Assembly (NCBI GenBank): GCA_963749075.1 | Contig: CAVVLJ010000021.1 | Span: 320,001 to 384,000 of the forward strand | From: an uncultured Pseudomonadota bacterium | GTDB taxonomy: Bacteria; Pseudomonadota; Alphaproteobacteria; JACZXZ01 | DNA length: 64,000 nt | Direction: 5' to 3' | In this document: positions 40,155-52,428 of the stretch, piece after piece | Numbering within the stretch: position 1 is the stretch's first letter | Layout of the letters: each line of letters begins with the position of its first letter | Program-made: the position numbers and the translations under genes | The notes under the pieces: model-generated | What the model saw: only the letters and a program-made list of their open reading frames with translations | What the model was told of the DNA's origin: nothing | The model's database searches: none

Positions 40155-41365
40155 GGCGACGCCTCGCTGCCTGCCGCCTCTCGTTGGCCGTCGCCCGGCC
40201 GTGCCGCGGCGAGCGCTGCCAGCAATTGCCCTGCCATGCGCGCGGCACCGTCGCGCGTGCGCACCCTCTCGGGCGGCGCCAGGAGCTTCGCCTCGAGCGT
40301 CTCGTCGGCGCGCCACAGATTGGCGCCGAGCGCGCTTGCGATCGGTGCCAGCTCGGGAGCGACCTCGAAGCCCCAGCTCGTGATCGTGGGCAGCCCGTGC
40401 TCGAGCATGGCGGCGATCGAGCCGCTCTTCCCCGCGGTATAGTGGGGGTGGGACGAGAGCCCGAAGTCGAGCTCATTGAAGAGGGCCGAAAGCTCCGCCT
40501 CGGAGCGCCTCCCGAGATTGCCGAACAGGATCTGCGGATGCCCCGCGCGCCAGGCCGCGAGAAGCGCCTCGGTATCGCGGCCCGTGCCGCCCGCCACGAG
40601 GACCGCCGCTTGCCGCCCGTGGGCGCCCGCCAGTGCTGCAAGACGGGCGAAGAGCCCGTCCGGCCGCCATTGCGGCAGGATCGTGCCGAAGATGCCGAAG
40701 AGCCAGTAATGCCGCCGGCCGTCCCTCGCCACGTCGACGCCGGCCGCGCGCAAGGCCTCGTCGAGCCACGGCCCGCCGACCGCATCCCCGACCGCGATGT
40801 TGCCGGCGAGCGGAATGGCGTGCGACCGCACGCCGATCTCCTGCAATTGCCGCACGTAGAAGAGGCAGGAGGTCGTCACCACGGCCGGCTGCAGGCGGCG
40901 CAGCAGGACCCGGATGGAGAATCTCTGAAGGGCGCCGAGGAGCGCGTTGCGCGGCGTGCGGAAAACCCCGTGTCCGACCCAGAGCTCGTGCATCATCACA
41001 TGGAGCGGCCAGCCGCGGAGGACGCGCGGCAGCCAAAAGGGCTCGGCCATGAGGATACCCTTCTCGGCAAAGGAGTAGCAGACGAATTGCAGGCTCAGCC
41101 AGTCGGGGCGAAAGCGCTCGAGCGCCTCGCGCGCGAGGCGGCTCGCGGCGCCATAGCCCATGCGGCGGGGAATGCGCCGGATGGCCGCCCCGCAGTGGGC
41201 GCTCGAGGCGCCATCGTCGACGAGGCGCTCAACGTCGGGGTCGTTCAGGCCGACGAGCAGGCATTCGACGCCCGCGAGCCGGAGCGGCGGAACGAGACGG
41301 CGGACCATGTCGCCGACGCCGTTGACGCCCGGCTCGAGGCCGCCGCAGAGAAACGCGAGCCTCAT
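40151..41365 (-). CDS. GT-B glycosyltransferase (GT4-like)
   Basis: MRLAFLCGGLEPGVNGVGD, WLSLQFV.YSF, MHELW, GKSGSIAAMLEHGLP. Confidence 0.8.
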   Translation of the reverse strand: MRLAFLCGGLEPGVNGVGDMVRRLVPPLRLAGVECLLVGLNDPDVERLVDDGASSAHCGAAIRRIPRRMGYGAASRLAREALERFRPDWLSLQFVCYSFAEKGILMAEPFWLPRVLRGWPLHVMMHELWVGHGVFRTPRNALLGALQRFSIRVLLRRLQPAVVTTSCLFYVRQLQEIGVRSHAIPLAGNIAVGDAVGGPWLDEALRAAGVDVARDGRRHYWLFGIFGTILPQWRPDGLFARLAALAGAHGRQAAVLVAGGTGRDTEALLAAWRAGHPQILFGNLGRRSEAELSALFNELDFGLSSHPHYTAGKSGSIAAMLEHGLPTITSWGFEVAPELAPIASALGANLWRADETLEAKLLAPPERVRTRDGAARMAGQLLAALAAARPGDGQREAAGSEASP

Positions 41366-41526
41366 CGCGCCTGGCATCCGATGGCAGCGCAGGCGCCGCG
41401 GCCGGACGCCGCGGACGGGTGCCGCCTTAGCGCGGGCGCCATGGCGACGCCCTTGATCGCACGCGGGCGCTGGTCCACTCTCGGAGATGCGAGGAGGCTC
41501 GGGGCACAGCAAGCGGAGGGACGAAG

Positions 41527-41817
41527 ATGGTCGAGAAGCTTGGAGGAGCGGCGCGCCGCGCCGCACTCGCCCGCCTCGCCGCCTGGCGCGAAGCGGCCGG
41601 CCGCGACGCCATCACGCGGGAATTCAAGTTCGCCGATTTCAACGAGGCCTTCGCCTTCATGACCAGGGTGGCCCTCATCGCCGAAAAGATGGACCATCAC
41701 CCGGAATGGTTCAACGTCTATAACAGGGTCGAGATCACGCTCAGCACCCATGATGCGGGCGGCCTCTCCGAGCGCGACATCGAGCTCGCCGAGCGCATCG
41801 ACAGGCTCGCGGCCTGA
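41527..41817 (+). CDS. phhB: Pterin-4a-carbinolamine dehydratase
   Basis: [22 protein letters not shown]. Confidence 0.95.
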   Translation: MVEKLGGAARRAALARLAAWREAAGRDAITREFKFADFNEAFAFMTRVALIAEKMDHHPEWFNVYNRVEITLSTHDAGGLSERDIELAERIDRLAA

Positions 41818-41826
41818 GCGCCGCCC

Positions 41827-42588
41827 TCACTTCGCCTGCATGCGCATGGCGCCGTCGAGGCGGATGCACTCGCCGTTGAGCATCACGTTCTCGATGAGAT
41901 GGAGGCAGAGCCGCGCATACTCGTGGGCATGGCCGAAACGCTGGGGGAAGGGCACCTGGCTTGCGAGGCTCTCCTGCACCGCCTGGGGCATGGTGAGGAG
42001 GAGAGGGGTGGCGATGAGGCCGGGTGCGATCGCCAGCACGCGGATTCCTACGCGGGCGAACTCGCGCGCCGCAGGCAGCGTGAGCGCCACGATGCCGCCC
42101 TTGGAGGCGGCGTAGGCGGCCTGGCCGATCTGACCCTCGAAGGCGGCCACCGAGGCGGTCGAGATGATGACGCCGCGCTCGCCGTCGGCAAGCGCCTCGA
42201 GGTCCATCATGTCGGCGGCGGCGAGGCGCATCATGTTGAAGCTGCCGATCAGGTTCACGCCGATGACCTTGCTGAACTGCTCGAGCGGCATGGGCCCGTC
42301 CTTGCCGACGATGCGCGCTGCCGGTCCGATGCCGGCGCAATTGACGAGGAGGCGCGCCGGCCCCTGCCGCTCGCGCGCCGCGGCGAGTGCTGCCTCGCCG
42401 CTCTTGGCGTCCGACACGTCGCAGCGCACGGCCACCGCACCGATCTCCTCGGCGACGGCCTCGGCAGCGGCCATGTTCACGTCGAGCACGGCGACGCGCG
42501 CCCCCGCCTTCGCGAGATGGCGGGCGGTCTCGGCGCCGAGGCCCGATCCGCCGCCCGTGACGATGGCCGCATGTCCGCGAAGCTCCAT
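41827..42588 (-). CDS. SDR, 3-hydroxyacyl-CoA dehydrogenase type II-like
   Basis: TGGGSGLG, VNCAGI, AFEGQIGQAAYAASKGG, IRLDGAMRM. Confidence 0.92.
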   Translation of the reverse strand: MELRGHAAIVTGGGSGLGAETARHLAKAGARVAVLDVNMAAAEAVAEEIGAVAVRCDVSDAKSGEAALAAARERQGPARLLVNCAGIGPAARIVGKDGPMPLEQFSKVIGVNLIGSFNMMRLAAADMMDLEALADGERGVIISTASVAAFEGQIGQAAYAASKGGIVALTLPAAREFARVGIRVLAIAPGLIATPLLLTMPQAVQESLASQVPFPQRFGHAHEYARLCLHLIENVMLNGECIRLDGAMRMQAK

Positions 42589-42700
42589 GGCGTTCCCCTT
42601 CCCGATCGCGATCTGCCGCCGCTCAGGGCGAGGCCGCTTTCCTTAGCAGAAGGGCGGAAGCGAGGCGAGCGCGGCGGCGGTGCAATGGAGGGCCGCCGTC

Positions 42701-43036
42701 TCAGAAGGGATTAAGGCCGCCGAAGAACGAGCTGTTGCGCGACAGCCCCTGGCAGGTGAAGAAGCCCTGGTCCCACCCCTTCTTGAAGTCGAGGTCCGTG
42801 GCGTAGCGCGGATCGCTCTTGGCGTTGGTCCAGCCGGAGCTCGAGGCGTCGGCGCTCTGCGTACCCGCGGGGCAGCCCTGCTCGTAGCCCTCCTTGAAGG
42901 AGGCGCTGCTGTTGGGCGGCGGCTGCCGCGGATCGGGAGCCGGCTTCTTGCTGTCGCCGCCGCCGCCGCAGGCGGCGAGCACCGCGAGGGCCATGGAGAG
43001 GAGGATCACGCCGAGCCAGGCACGCACCACGGTCAT
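42701..43036 (-). CDS. Putative lipoprotein
   Basis: Lipobox LAAC; FKEGYEQGC...FKKGWDQGF..C repeats. Confidence 0.75.
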   Translation of the reverse strand: MTVVRAWLGVILLSMALAVLAACGGGGDSKKPAPDPRQPPPNSSASFKEGYEQGCPAGTQSADASSSGWTNAKSDPRYATDLDFKKGWDQGFFTCQGLSRNSSFFGGLNPF

Positions 43037-43179
43037 TCCTTCGCAGTCCTGCCGATTTTTCCGCCCCAGCTTAAGGCGATCGGGCGGCGCTGAGAAGCCT
43101 CGCGTTGGCGAGCCCCTTCCCGCGCCGCTTTCTCCCGTCGTATAGCTATGTCCTCCGAATGGCACAGCGAGTGACGGGA

Positions 43180-45165
<1,986 letters not shown>

Positions 45166-45170
45166 ACGAC

Positions 45171-46358
45171 ATGATGACGACCGTCCTCGGCAGGCCCGTG
45201 CGGCTTGCTGCCCCCTTGCGCGCGGCGATCTCGGCGCTCGAGCCCCAGCTCATCTCCAACGTCTCCAGCCTCGCACTCGGCGATCCGAGCGTGATCCCCT
45301 TATGGTTCGGCGAGTCGGACGTGGCGACGCCCGAATTCATCCGGCGCACCGCCAAGGAGGCGCTCGACAAGGGCGAGACCTTCTACACCCACACGCGCGG
45401 CATCCTGCCCCTGCGCAAGGCCATCGCCGACTACAGCACGGCTCTCTACCGCCGCCCCGTCGGCGTCGAGCGGGTGAGCGTCACCACCGCCGGCATGAAC
45501 GCCATCATGCTGATGATGGAGCTCTCGCTCGAGGCCGGCGACAATGCGGTCATGGTGACGCCGCTGTGGCCCAACGCGGGCGCCGCGGCGCGCATCATGG
45601 GTGCCGAGGTGCTGGAGGTCAGCCTCGCCGAGGAGCAGGGGCGCTGGCGCCTCGACCTCGATCGTCTCTTCGCCGCCTGCGACGCGCGCACGCGCCTCAT
45701 CTTCGTCAATTCGCCGGGCAATCCGACCGGCTGGATGATGAGCCGCGAGGAGCAGCAGGCGGTGCTCGACTTCTGCCGCCGCCGCCGCATCTGGCTCGCC
45801 GCCGACGAGGTCTACGCCCGCATCGTCTACCAGGGCAACGCCGCCCCCTCCTTCCTCGACATCGCCGAGCCTGACGATCCGCTCCTCGTCGCCAACAGCT
45901 TCTCCAAGGCCTGGGCCATGACCGGCTGGCGCATCGGCTGGCTCACCGCACCCGCGGCCTTGGGCGATCTCATCGGCGAGCTCGTGCAGCACAATGTGAG
46001 CGGCGTTGCGACCTTCCTCCAGCCGGCGGCGATCACGGCCCTCAAGGAGGGCGAGCCCTTCGTCAAGGAGATGGTCGAGCGCTGCCGGCGCGGCCGCGAC
46101 ATCGTGGCCGAGCATCTCGCCGAGATCCCGCGCGTGCGCTTCACGCCGCCCGAGGCGGCCTTCTACGCCTTCTTCCAGGTCGAGGGTGCGGACGACACGC
46201 TGGCGCTTGCCAAGCGCCTCGTGCGCGATGCCGGCGTCGGGGTGGCGCCCGGTGCCGCCTTCGGCACGGGCGGCGAGGGTTTCCTCAGGCTCTGCTTCGC
46301 CCAGGCGCCGGAGCTCCTGGCCACCGCCATGGAGCGCCTCAAGCGCGCGCTCGGCTGA
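45171..46358 (+). CDS. PLP-dependent aminotransferase class I/II
   Basis: [33 protein letters not shown]. Confidence 0.92.
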   Translation: MMTTVLGRPVRLAAPLRAAISALEPQLISNVSSLALGDPSVIPLWFGESDVATPEFIRRTAKEALDKGETFYTHTRGILPLRKAIADYSTALYRRPVGVERVSVTTAGMNAIMLMMELSLEAGDNAVMVTPLWPNAGAAARIMGAEVLEVSLAEEQGRWRLDLDRLFAACDARTRLIFVNSPGNPTGWMMSREEQQAVLDFCRRRRIWLAADEVYARIVYQGNAAPSFLDIAEPDDPLLVANSFSKAWAMTGWRIGWLTAPAALGDLIGELVQHNVSGVATFLQPAAITALKEGEPFVKEMVERCRRGRDIVAEHLAEIPRVRFTPPEAAFYAFFQVEGADDTLALAKRLVRDAGVGVAPGAAFGTGGEGFLRLCFAQAPELLATAMERLKRALG

Positions 46359-46459
46359 GGCGGCGCGCGCCCAGATGCCGCTCTGGTTGTCGCCGCCGAT
46401 CGCCTCGCCGCGCGCATCGCCGTCGCGCTCGAATGATCGCCACTTGATTTCCTATTTTT

Positions 46460-46470
46460 CGTATATACAA
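46460..46470. promoter_or_regulatory. Putative brnTA operator / -10 region
   Basis: Palindrome GTATATAC (46461-68) in an AT-rich stretch immediately before the brnT ATG. Confidence 0.55.
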
Positions 46471-46473
46471 TAA

Positions 46474-46752
46474 ATGGCGATCGCTTGGAACGAGGCAAAG
46501 CGGCGCCGAACCTTGGCGGAACGAGGCCTGGATTTCGCCGACGCGGAGCAGGCGTTCGCGGGCGGCCATTACACCAGCCTCGACGACCGGCGGGACTATG
46601 GCGAGCCGCGATACATCACAGCCGGCTACGTGAAGGGGCGGTTTGTCGTCATTGTCCGGACGCAGCGCGACGGCGGACGGCGCGTCATTTCGATGAGGTA
46701 CGGACATGAGCGGGAAGAAGAGTGCTACAAAGCGCGAACGGCTCGATCCTGA
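46474..46752 (+). CDS. brnT: BrnT family ribonuclease toxin
   Basis: WNEAKRR..LAERGLDFADA, DYGEPRY, RRVISMR. Confidence 0.92.
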   Translation: MAIAWNEAKRRRTLAERGLDFADAEQAFAGGHYTSLDDRRDYGEPRYITAGYVKGRFVVIVRTQRDGGRRVISMRYGHEREEECYKARTARS

Positions 46753-46969
46753 TGACGCGCCCGAGCTGACCGAAGAGTGGTTCGAGCGTGCCGACTACTT
46801 CGAGGGCGGCAAGCTCGTCCGCCGCGGCCGACCCAAGTCGGCCTCGCCAAAGGAGGCAGTGAGCCTGCGCCTCGATCCCGATGTGCTCGCGCATTTCCGC
46901 GCCACGGGCCCCGGCTGGCAATCGCGCATCAACGCGGCTCTGCGCAAGGCCGCCGGGCTTCGTTCCTGA
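46706..46969 (+). CDS. brnA: BrnA family antitoxin
   Basis: DDAPELT, RGRP, VSLRLDPDVLAHFRATGPGWQSRINAALR. Confidence 0.93.
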   Translation: MSGKKSATKRERLDPDDAPELTEEWFERADYFEGGKLVRRGRPKSASPKEAVSLRLDPDVLAHFRATGPGWQSRINAALRKAAGLRS

Positions 46970-47131
46970 GAACCGGGTCGGGACCATGCCCCGGCAATTG
47001 CGCGCCTCGCGAGCCACCGCCGGGCCGGCGGCGGGTGGTCAAGGGCGGCGCAGCCGTCGGGCCGGCGATGCGCGGCCGCCAGGCCGCGCACCCTTGATGG
47101 CGGGGCGCCAGTCCGATCTGGAGGATTAGAG

Positions 47132-47581
47132 ATGGCATTCGGATACCGCTACGCGTTGCAGCGGCAGGAGAATGGCTGGTGGCTTGTCCGCTTTCCCGGC
47201 ATCCCCGAAGCGCTGACCGAGGGCGAGACCCAGGAGGAGGCCCGCACCAATGCCGTCGACTGCGTGATCACGGCGCTGGAAGGGTACATGAAGGCCGGTA
47301 GGCCGCTGCCGCGACAGGGTGCCGGTCATAACGGGTGCGAGCGGGCGGTGCTGCCGTCTCTCGTCACCGCCAAGCTGGCGGTCTACGAGACGATGCGCGC
47401 CCGCGGCTGGTCCAAGCTGAAGCTGGCCAAGGAGCTCGGTGCGCCTGAGAATTCGGTGCGCCGTCTGCTCGACCTGCGCCACAACTCGCATATGTGGATC
47501 ATCGACGAGGCGCTGGGCAAGATGAATGCCGAACTGACAATCGATTTGCCGAAGGCGAGGGAGCGCGGCAAGGCGGCGTAA
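47132..47581 (+). CDS. hicB: HicB family antitoxin (no intact hicA upstream)
   Basis: VRFPGIPEALTEGET.EEA..NA.D; C-terminal HTH (KLAKELG...VRRLLD..H.S). Confidence 0.88.
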   Translation: MAFGYRYALQRQENGWWLVRFPGIPEALTEGETQEEARTNAVDCVITALEGYMKAGRPLPRQGAGHNGCERAVLPSLVTAKLAVYETMRARGWSKLKLAKELGAPENSVRRLLDLRHNSHMWIIDEALGKMNAELTIDLPKARERGKAA

Positions 47582-47722
47582 GCATGGCGAGCGAAGGCCG
47601 TTCCGGCTTTGCGGTCGCACCACGATCTCCGCCGTGTCATCGGCCGTGCCGCCAAAACCTTCGCAATCGGTGCTTGGCGGGAGCTGCCGACGGCGTGGCA
47701 GTGCCTCCGCCTGATCCCGCGC

Positions 47723-48679
47723 TCAGTCGGCCGCCGCCGCCCGACCGCGCGGCCCCGCCCGGTCCTTCGCCGCCTCTTCATGCAGCCAGTCGCGGAAGGC
47801 GCGCACCTTGGGGCGCTCGACCGCGCGCGGCGGATAGACGATGTAATAGGCGAGCGCCACTTTGAGCTCGAGCGCCAAGGGCTTGACGAGGCGGCCCGCC
47901 GCGAGGTCCTCGGCGATGAGCGCCGTGCGCCCGAGCGCCACCCCCTCGCCGTTGATGGCCGCCTCGAGCACCATGCTCGAATGGCTGAAGATGGGGCCGC
48001 GCCCGGCATCGACGCCTTCCACGCCCGCGGCCTTGAGCCACATGCGCCAGCCGACGGCGCTGGGCTCGCCGGGCATGTCCTGGCGCAGCGAGTCCTCCTC
48101 GTGGAGGAGCGTGTGGTGGCGCAGGTCCTGGGGCTTCAGCAGCGGGTGTGCGCCCTTGAGGAGCGCCGGGCTGCACACCGGCACGTAATCGTCGATGGTG
48201 AGCTGCTCGGCGGCGAGGCCGGCGTAGCGGCCGCGCCCGTAGCGGATCGCGAGGTCCACGTCGTCGCGCGTGAAATCGATGAGCTGGTCGTTGGCCTGGA
48301 GGCGCACGTCGATCTCCGGGTGCCGCTCGCGGAAGCGCGCCAGGCGCGGCATCAGCCATTTGGTCGTGAAGGAATAGGTCGTGCTGACGGTGACGCCGCC
48401 CTTCTCGTCGCGCGCGCGCAGCCGCTCGCTCGCCTCCGCCAGCCGCTCCAGGAGCTCGCGCACGGTCCCGACATAGGCCTGGCCCTCGTCCGTCAGCCTG
48501 AGCGCGCGATTGAGCTGGCGGAAGAGCTTGACCCCGAGCGCCTCCTCGAGCGCCTTCACCTGGCGGCTCACCGCGCCGTGGGTCACGTGCAGCTCCTCTG
48601 CCGCCTTGGTGAAGCTCAAATGGCGGGCGGCGGCCTCGAAGTCGGGGAGGGCCTTGAGCGGGGGCAGTCGGCGGGCCAT
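47723..48679 (-). CDS. gcvA: LysR-family regulator, GcvA-like
   Basis: RRLPPLKAL..FEAAARHLSFTKAAEELHVTHGAVSRQVK; DVDLAIRYG. Confidence 0.85.
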   Translation of the reverse strand: MARRLPPLKALPDFEAAARHLSFTKAAEELHVTHGAVSRQVKALEEALGVKLFRQLNRALRLTDEGQAYVGTVRELLERLAEASERLRARDEKGGVTVSTTYSFTTKWLMPRLARFRERHPEIDVRLQANDQLIDFTRDDVDLAIRYGRGRYAGLAAEQLTIDDYVPVCSPALLKGAHPLLKPQDLRHHTLLHEEDSLRQDMPGEPSAVGWRMWLKAAGVEGVDAGRGPIFSHSSMVLEAAINGEGVALGRTALIAEDLAAGRLVKPLALELKVALAYYIVYPPRAVERPKVRAFRDWLHEEAAKDRAGPRGRAAAAD

Positions 48680-48696
48680 GGAAGCCTCGATTTCGT

Positions 48697-48711
48697 GTGA
48701 AATTCACTCAC
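48697..48711. promoter_or_regulatory. LysR T-N11-A box
   Basis: GTGA-N7-TCAC between the divergent gcvA-like and DUF1127 genes. Confidence 0.65.
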
Positions 48712-48826
48712 GCATCATAAGACAACTAATCGATTGTCGACAAGCAAAAACATCCTTATTTCCTATGCGTAACATCGAACAGCGCAACCGAGGAAGGACT
48801 GAATCCTTCCGATTTATGTGAGGAAT

Positions 48827-49054
48827 ATGACGATGGCAACGCTCCACCTCGACCGTCTCCCCGAAACCCACGGCGCAGCCGGGCTGCGGGCACTCGCGGC
48901 TCTTGCCTGGGCCGGTGCGCGCTTCGAGGAATGGCGCCGGCGGGCGCGTGGGCGGCGCGAGCTCATGGCGCTCGGCGACGACGTGCTCAAGGACATCGGC
49001 CTCGGCCGCAGCGAGGCCTTCCGCGAGTACAGCAAGCCCTTCTGGGAGCGCTGA
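48827..49054 (+). CDS. DUF1127 small protein
   Basis: WRRRARGRREL..L.D..LKDIGL.R.EA..E.SKPFW; GAGG RBS. Confidence 0.9.
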   Translation: MTMATLHLDRLPETHGAAGLRALAALAWAGARFEEWRRRARGRRELMALGDDVLKDIGLGRSEAFREYSKPFWER

Positions 49055-49060
49055 GACCGG

Positions 49061-50050
49061 CTATTTGGCGCTCAGCCCCGTGGTGAGCACGAGCTTCCCG
49101 GTGATCTTGCGCTCCATCATGAGGGTGAGCGCCTCGGCCGCCCGCTCCAAGGGAAAGGTGCGCGAGACGAGCGGCTTGAGCTTCCCCGCCTCGTACATGG
49201 AAAAGAGCTCGGCGAAGCTGGCGTGCGCGAGCGCGGGGTCGCGGCGCACGCTCGCCCCCCAGAGCACGCCGATCACCGCGCAGTTCTTGACCAGCACGTA
49301 ATTGGCCGGCGCCGACGGGATGCGCCCCGAGGCGAAGCCGACGACGAGGAGCCGGCCCTCCCAGGCGATGGCGCGCAGCGAGGCGTCGAAGGCGTCGCCG
49401 CCGACGGGATCGAAGACGACGTCCGCACCGTGGCCTTGGGTGAGCGCCTTGACCCGCTCGCGCAGGTCCTCGGAGGCGTAATTGATGCCGTGATCGGCGC
49501 CGTGGGTGCTGGCCACGGCGAGCTTCTCGGCCGAGCTCGCGCCGGCGATCACGGTGGCGCCCATTGCCTTCCCGACCTCGACCGCGGTCAGGCCCACGCC
49601 GCTGGAGGCGCCGTTGACGAGGAGCGTCTCGCCCGCCTTGAGATTGCCGCGGTGCGTGAGGGCGAGATGGGCGGTGCCGTAGGCGACGGCAAAGCCCGCC
49701 GCCGTGGTGAGGTCCATCTTGTCGGGCACGCGGACGGCCTGGGCCTCGCGTACCACCGCCTCTTCGGCGAAGCCGCCGTGGCCCATATAGGCCATGATGC
49801 GGTCGCCCACCTTGAGGCGCTGGACGTCGGCTGCCACCTCGCTCACGACGCCGGCTGCCTCGAGGCCGGGGACGAAGGGGAAGGCGGGCTTCTCCTGGTA
49901 CTTGCCGGCGATCATCAGCGTGTCGGCGAAATTGATGCCGGCGCCGTGCACGGCAAAGCGCACGTGCCCCGGCGGCAGCTCGGGCGCCGCGGTCTCCTCG
50001 CAGCTGAGCGTCGCCGGCCCGCCCCAGGCCTTGCACAGAATGGCGCGCAT
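49061..50050 (-). CDS. NADPH:quinone oxidoreductase (MDR family)
   Basis: GINFADTL..GKYQ.KP.FPFVPG.E, GASSGVG, DPVGG, VGFASG. Confidence 0.92.
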   Translation of the reverse strand: MRAILCKAWGGPATLSCEETAAPELPPGHVRFAVHGAGINFADTLMIAGKYQEKPAFPFVPGLEAAGVVSEVAADVQRLKVGDRIMAYMGHGGFAEEAVVREAQAVRVPDKMDLTTAAGFAVAYGTAHLALTHRGNLKAGETLLVNGASSGVGLTAVEVGKAMGATVIAGASSAEKLAVASTHGADHGINYASEDLRERVKALTQGHGADVVFDPVGGDAFDASLRAIAWEGRLLVVGFASGRIPSAPANYVLVKNCAVIGVLWGASVRRDPALAHASFAELFSMYEAGKLKPLVSRTFPLERAAEALTLMMERKITGKLVLTTGLSAK

Positions 50051-50076
50051 GGCGCTCTCTCTCCTCCTGCCGCGTC

Positions 50077-51114
50077 TCAGCCGAGGCGGCTCCGTATCTC
50101 GCCGGTCGCGATGCCGTTCCAATTGCGTAAGACCGGCCGGGCCACGGCGCCGAGTGCTGCCCAGCTCGCCTCGTCGATGGCGCCGAGATGGCGCAGGATC
50201 GCCGCCGCCGCCACCTCCGAAGCACGCCCGGCGCCATCGTCGATCTTGAGCGCGAGACCGAGGCCGAGTGCCGGCAGTGCCGCGCAATAGACGCCCTCGG
50301 CGCCGCCCTTGACGAGGATGCGTCCGCCGGTCGCCTCCATGAGCACCGTGGCGAAGCGCCCGGTGCCGGACACCATGTCGGGGCGCGCCGCGACCGCGGC
50401 AAGGACGCGCCGCGCCGCGGCTCCGCGCTCGGGCCCAAGCCCGGTCTGGCTCGCCAGGCGCGCCATGCCGAGCGCCAGCGCGCGGATGGGGATGGCGAGC
50501 GTCGGGATGCTGCAGCCGTCGGTCCCCATCGGCGCTGCCGCGAGGTCGACGCCGCACATCTCGCCGACCGTGCGCATCCAGCGCCGCTGCGCCGGATGCT
50601 CGGGGCGGACGTAGCCCTTGGTCGGCTCGCCCAAGTGGCGGGCACCGGAGAGCATGCCCGCATGCTTGCCCGAGCAATTGTTGTGCGCGGCCGTCGGCGC
50701 CGTGCCGGTCCTGAGGAGCGCCTCGCCCGCCGCCGGCGTGGAGGGGAGGTGGGCGCCGCACTCGAGGTCGGCGATGCCGAGCCCCACGCGCGCGAGCCAG
50801 CGCGTCACCGTCTCGACGTGCTTGGGCTCGCCGCCGTGCGACGCGCAGCACAAGGCGAGCTCGGCGTCGTCGAGCGCATAGGCGTCGGCCGCACCGGTCT
50901 CGATGACGGCGATCGCCTGCAGCGGCTTGATCGCCGAGCGGGGATAGACGGCGCGTTCCACGTCGCCCCAGGCGGCGACGCTGCGGCCGCGCGCGTCGAC
51001 CACGGCGGCGGCACCGCGGTGCCGGCTCTCTACGGCCGGGCCGCGCGTCACCTCGATCAGCACGGGATTGGCCTCGAGCGAGAGCGTCGGGCTTGTTTCT
51101 GGCGCGTTCGGCAT
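50077..51114 (-). CDS. ansA: L-asparaginase II (Rhizobium AnsA type)
   Basis: ESRHRG, RSAIKP, ASHGGE, NNCSGKHAG, DGCSIP, KGGAEG, KIDDG. Confidence 0.88.
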   Translation of the reverse strand: MPNAPETSPTLSLEANPVLIEVTRGPAVESRHRGAAAVVDARGRSVAAWGDVERAVYPRSAIKPLQAIAVIETGAADAYALDDAELALCCASHGGEPKHVETVTRWLARVGLGIADLECGAHLPSTPAAGEALLRTGTAPTAAHNNCSGKHAGMLSGARHLGEPTKGYVRPEHPAQRRWMRTVGEMCGVDLAAAPMGTDGCSIPTLAIPIRALALGMARLASQTGLGPERGAAARRVLAAVAARPDMVSGTGRFATVLMEATGGRILVKGGAEGVYCAALPALGLGLALKIDDGAGRASEVAAAAILRHLGAIDEASWAALGAVARPVLRNWNGIATGEIRSRLG

Positions 51115-51187
51115 CGCTGGCTCTTGTTCTCCCATCGCGCGGTCAAACACCTTGCCTTGGCGCGCCCCGCGGTGCAAGGTGCGAGCC

Positions 51188-51727
51188 ATGCGCGGCTATT
51201 TCGGCATCGGCGTCGAGGGCATCAGCAAGCCCATGAATCTGGGCAGCCTTTGGCGCACGGCCCACGCCTTCGGTGCGGCCTTCGTGTTCACCATCGGCGC
51301 GCAGTACGAGCGGGCGGCGGGCGAGCTCGCGGACACCTCCAAGACCTCGGACCAGGTGCCGCTCCACGAATTCGCCGGCCTCGGGCAGTTCCGCCTGCCG
51401 CGCGGCTGCCTCCTCGTCGGCATCGAGATACTCGACGGCGCCGTGGAGCTGCCGAGCTTCCCCCATCCGCGCCAGGCGGCCTACGTGCTCGGGCCGGAGC
51501 GCGGCGCGCTCTCGCCGGACCTCCTCGCGCGCTGCGCCCACACCGTCAAAATTCCGACCAAATTCTCCGTGAATCTGGCGCTCGCCGGCGCCATCGTCAT
51601 GTACGACCGGCTCTTGAGCCTCGGCCGCTTCGCCGACCGTCCGCTCGCCGCCGGGCAGCAGGCGGCAGCGCTGCCGGAGCCGCACTTCGGGCCGCCCATC
51701 CTGCGGCGCCGGGCGGTCGAGGCCTAG
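51188..51727 (+). CDS. SpoU/TrmH family RNA methyltransferase
   Basis: KPMNLG.L.RTAHAFG, YVLGPERG, SVNLALAGAIVMYDR. Confidence 0.92.
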   Translation: MRGYFGIGVEGISKPMNLGSLWRTAHAFGAAFVFTIGAQYERAAGELADTSKTSDQVPLHEFAGLGQFRLPRGCLLVGIEILDGAVELPSFPHPRQAAYVLGPERGALSPDLLARCAHTVKIPTKFSVNLALAGAIVMYDRLLSLGRFADRPLAAGQQAAALPEPHFGPPILRRRAVEA

Positions 51728-51777
51728 GGAAGCTTGCGCGCGCAGTTTTGTCACCATGGCATGATCGGAAGGCGCCC

Positions 51778-52350
51778 ATGAAGAGATTATCCGCATTCGC
51801 CCTCGCCCCCGTCTTCGCCGTTGTCTTCGCCTTGGGCGCCTCGACGCTCGCCGCCCAGACGCAGCTCAAATCGGCGGAGAAACCGCAAGACAAGCAGCCG
51901 GGGCAGAAGGCCACGGTCATCGGCACCTACGGCGAGTGGCAGGCGATCACCTACAAGGAGGGCAGCGCCAACACCTGTTACGTCGCGAGCTATCCCAAGA
52001 AGATGGAGGGCCATCAGAGCAAGCCCGGCGAGGCCAATATCCTGGTCACCCATTGGCCGTCCCAGAAGACCTTCGGCGTGGTGAGCGTCACCGGCGGCTT
52101 CGATTACAAGAAGGACAGCACCGTCGAGCTCGCGATCGGCGACGAGAAGTTCTCGCTCTTCACGCAAGGCTCGCGCGGCTGGGCCAAGGAGGGCGAGGAT
52201 CCCAAGATCGTCAAGGCCTTCAAGTCCGGCAAGGACGCCGTCGCCTCGGGCGTCGCCGCGAGCGGCACCAAGACCAGGGACACCTTCTCGCTCGACGGCT
52301 TCACCAAGGCCTATGAGGAGGCGAGCAAGGCCTGCGGCGTCAAACCATGA
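51778..52350 (+). CDS. ialB: Invasion-associated locus B (IalB) family exported protein
   Basis: Signal peptide; G.YGEW...TCYV.S.P; T.DTFSLDGFTKAY....C; usual position upstream of rlmN in Alphaproteobacteria. Confidence 0.85.
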   Translation: MKRLSAFALAPVFAVVFALGASTLAAQTQLKSAEKPQDKQPGQKATVIGTYGEWQAITYKEGSANTCYVASYPKKMEGHQSKPGEANILVTHWPSQKTFGVVSVTGGFDYKKDSTVELAIGDEKFSLFTQGSRGWAKEGEDPKIVKAFKSGKDAVASGVAASGTKTRDTFSLDGFTKAYEEASKACGVKP

Positions 52351-52428
52351 GTACACCGAGTCGGTCCAGCGGCGTGCCGGTAAGCATGGCAATTGACTGG
52401 CGCAAACAGCATTCGGAGACGAGCTCGA

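Noticed and set aside
48827-49100. Cuckoo-type sRNA cluster downstream of the DUF1127 gene
   Set aside because: No CCTCCTCCC hairpin repeats; the next gene ends 6 bp after the stop.
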